Part shown: piece after piece, positions 61,764-64,000 of the stretch
Layout: each line of letters begins with the position of its first letter
How positions within the stretch are numbered: the stretch's first letter is position 1
Source: Laetmonice hystrix
Lineage: Eukaryota
Direction of reading: 5' to 3'
Length of the DNA: 64,000 nucleotides
Assembly (NCBI GenBank): GCA_965235115.1
Contig: OZ249436.1
Span: forward strand, 46,998,001 to 47,062,000
The notes under the pieces: model-generated
The model's database searches: none
Told to the model about the DNA's origin: nothing
Seen by the model: the letters and a program-made list of their open reading frames with translations, nothing else
Program-made: the position numbers and the translations under genes

Positions 61764-64000
61764 CTCAGATTTTTATGATTTTTTGTTTACAGGTACCTAC
61801 ATATGTGTGATGAACACATGCAAAATCATTTGCTCCAACTCCCAGTAGTTTTCCAGAAATTAATTTTTAAAATTTGTGTGTCGGTGCAGACTTTATACGT
61901 AGAAAGTCATTTTTGTGTTTTTTCCCATTTTCAAAGCGTTATATCTCAGGACTGGTTGCATGTATCAGGCTGAAATTTCGTATGTGCAAGGTCCCCACCC
62001 ACGTATTCAGTGCCAATCATCAAAGCTGTGCTAAATTGCATTTTTCTATTTTTTATAGCTGACTGAAAATGGCATTTTGTTCATATCGGAACATTTTTTT
62101 CAAACTTTAGGGGGCTCTACACAAAATGTGTATTAAGTGAGCATCTTCATATTACACAGCTTACCTCAGTAGATTCCCACCTTGTGTTTAGCCAAAAACA
62201 ATGCCCATCACAATAATACTTTTTGAGCTGTAGCTCCATAAAAATCGATCATGGTTGAAAACGTCGAAAAAAGCTCTCCATTCTAGGTCGGATTTCACCA
62301 TGTAGGCAACTACTCAGACACTTCAAATTTTTTTAAAAGGTAGAATGTCTATATGACATTTGTCAGTAGAATTCTTTTTATCTAACTCAAAAGGCTTCAT
62401 GTTAAAAAAAAAACAGTTTAGACGGTATTAAACAGAATGTAGAAATCCATAATAATATATCTAAAGTGGATTTAGCATAGTTTATAACTACTAAATAACT
62501 ACTGAACATACATCTGTTCATAATCATAATTAATTCATAATTAAATGATTAAATTAGGTAATTAAATAATTAATTAATTAAATTAATTAATTAATTAATC
62601 TAAAATGGATTTAGCATAGTTTATGCCTACTAAATAACTACTGAACAATTATCTGTTCAAAATCATAATTAATTCATAATTAAATAATTAAATAAAATAA
62701 TTAAATAAAATAATTAAATAATTAATTAAATTAATTAAGTTAATTAATTAATTAATCTAAAATGGATTTAGCATAGTTTATGCGTTAAAAACAAGCCAAA
62801 AACAATGCCCATCAAAGGAGTAGTTTTTGAGCTTTTGCTGCATGAAAATCGGTTATGTTTGAAAAATGGCGAAAAAAGCTCTCCATGTTTTTTAACTAAC
62901 TCACAAGGCTATATGGTAAAATAAATTTATTTAATTATTTATTTAATTTATTTACTTAATTATTTAATTTAGTTTATTTATTTACTTAATTATTTTATTT
63001 AATTAAATTAGGTAATCAAATTAGTTAATTAAATTAGTTAATTAAATTAGTTAATTATTTAATTATAAAATAATTATGATTTTGAACAGATGAATGTTCA
63101 GTAGTTATTTAGTAGGCATAAACTATGCTAAATCCATTTTAGATTAATTTATTAATTCAATTAATTTATTTAATTAATTATTTTATTTTAGTATTTTATT
63201 TAATTATTTAATTATGAATTAATTATAATTATGAACAGATGTATGTTCAGTAGATATTTAGTAGGCATAAACTATGCTAAATACATTTTAGATATATTTA
63301 AATGAGATATAATGGATTTCTACATTCTGTTTAATACTGTCTAAACTGGTATTTTTTAAAACATGAAGCCTTTTGAGTTAGATAAAAAGATTTCTACTGA
63401 CAAATGTCATATAGGTATTCTACCTTTTGAAAAAAATGTAAGTGTCTGAGTAGTTGCCTACATGGTGAAATCCTACCTAGAATGGAAAGCTTTTTTCGAC
63501 GTTTTTCACACATGATCAGTTTTCATGCAGCTACAGCTCAAAAACTATTATTGTGATGGGCATTGTTTTTGGCTAAACACAAGGTGGGAATCTACTGAGG
63601 TAAGCTTTGTAATATGAAGATGATCACTTAATACACATTTTGTGTAGAGCCCCCTAAAGTTTGAACAAAATGTTCCGATATGAACAAAATGCCATTTTCA
63701 GTCAGCTATAAGAAATAAAAAATGCAATTTAGCACAACTTTGATGATTGGCACTGAATATGTGGGTAGGGGACCTTGCACATACCAAATTTCAGCCTGAT
63801 ACATGTAACCAGTCCTGAGATATAACGCTTTGAAAATGGGAAAAAGCACAAAAATGACTTTTGACATGCACAGTATGCACCGACACACTTATTTTAAAAA
63901 TTAATATCTGAAAAACTACTAGAAGTTGGAGCAAAAAATTTTGTATGCGTTCATAGAAAATGTGGAGGTACTTGTAAAAAAAAAGTCATAAAATTCTGAG
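61764..64000. mobile_element. Foldback-type element, long inverted repeat; right arm runs off the window
   Basis: 61764 onward is the diverged reverse complement of the window end, e.g. CCCATTTTCAAAGCGTTATATCTCAGGACTGGTT vs AACCAGTCCTGAGATATAACGCTTTGAAAATGGG. Arms are ~1 kb with AT-rich tandem subrepeats toward the centre. Confidence 0.85.

Overview
Intron-rich animal genomic DNA, most likely from an invertebrate bilaterian. The window contains seven protein-coding genes. (1) The 3' part of a YWTD beta-propeller/EGF type-I membrane receptor gene (LRP/LDLR-like, +, 74-7175). (2) An apparently complete 17-exon tandem paralogue (+, 15641-30064) with signal peptide, 3 propellers, 2 EGF, TM and NPxY tail, but no visible LDL-A repeats. 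(3) A small two-TM protein gene (-). (4) A TMEM53/DUF829-like gene (-). (5) An ankyrin-repeat/SOCS-box gene (-). (6, 7) A head-to-head pair of paralogous C2H2 zinc-finger genes around a ~200 bp bidirectional promoter. In that pair, a constant exon with a conserved non-BTB N-terminal domain ends in phase 0, followed by separate phase-0 terminal exons each encoding three zinc fingers (two alternative exons on -, at least one on +), reminiscent of lola/mod(mdg4)/fru. Many minisatellites sit exactly on gene landmarks: splice donors, splice acceptors and a whole first exon. The window also holds many non-autonomous DNA transposons with readable TIRs/TSDs and a >2.2 kb foldback running off the right end. 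Exon models were read by eye from splice signals and frame continuity; no database searches were run.
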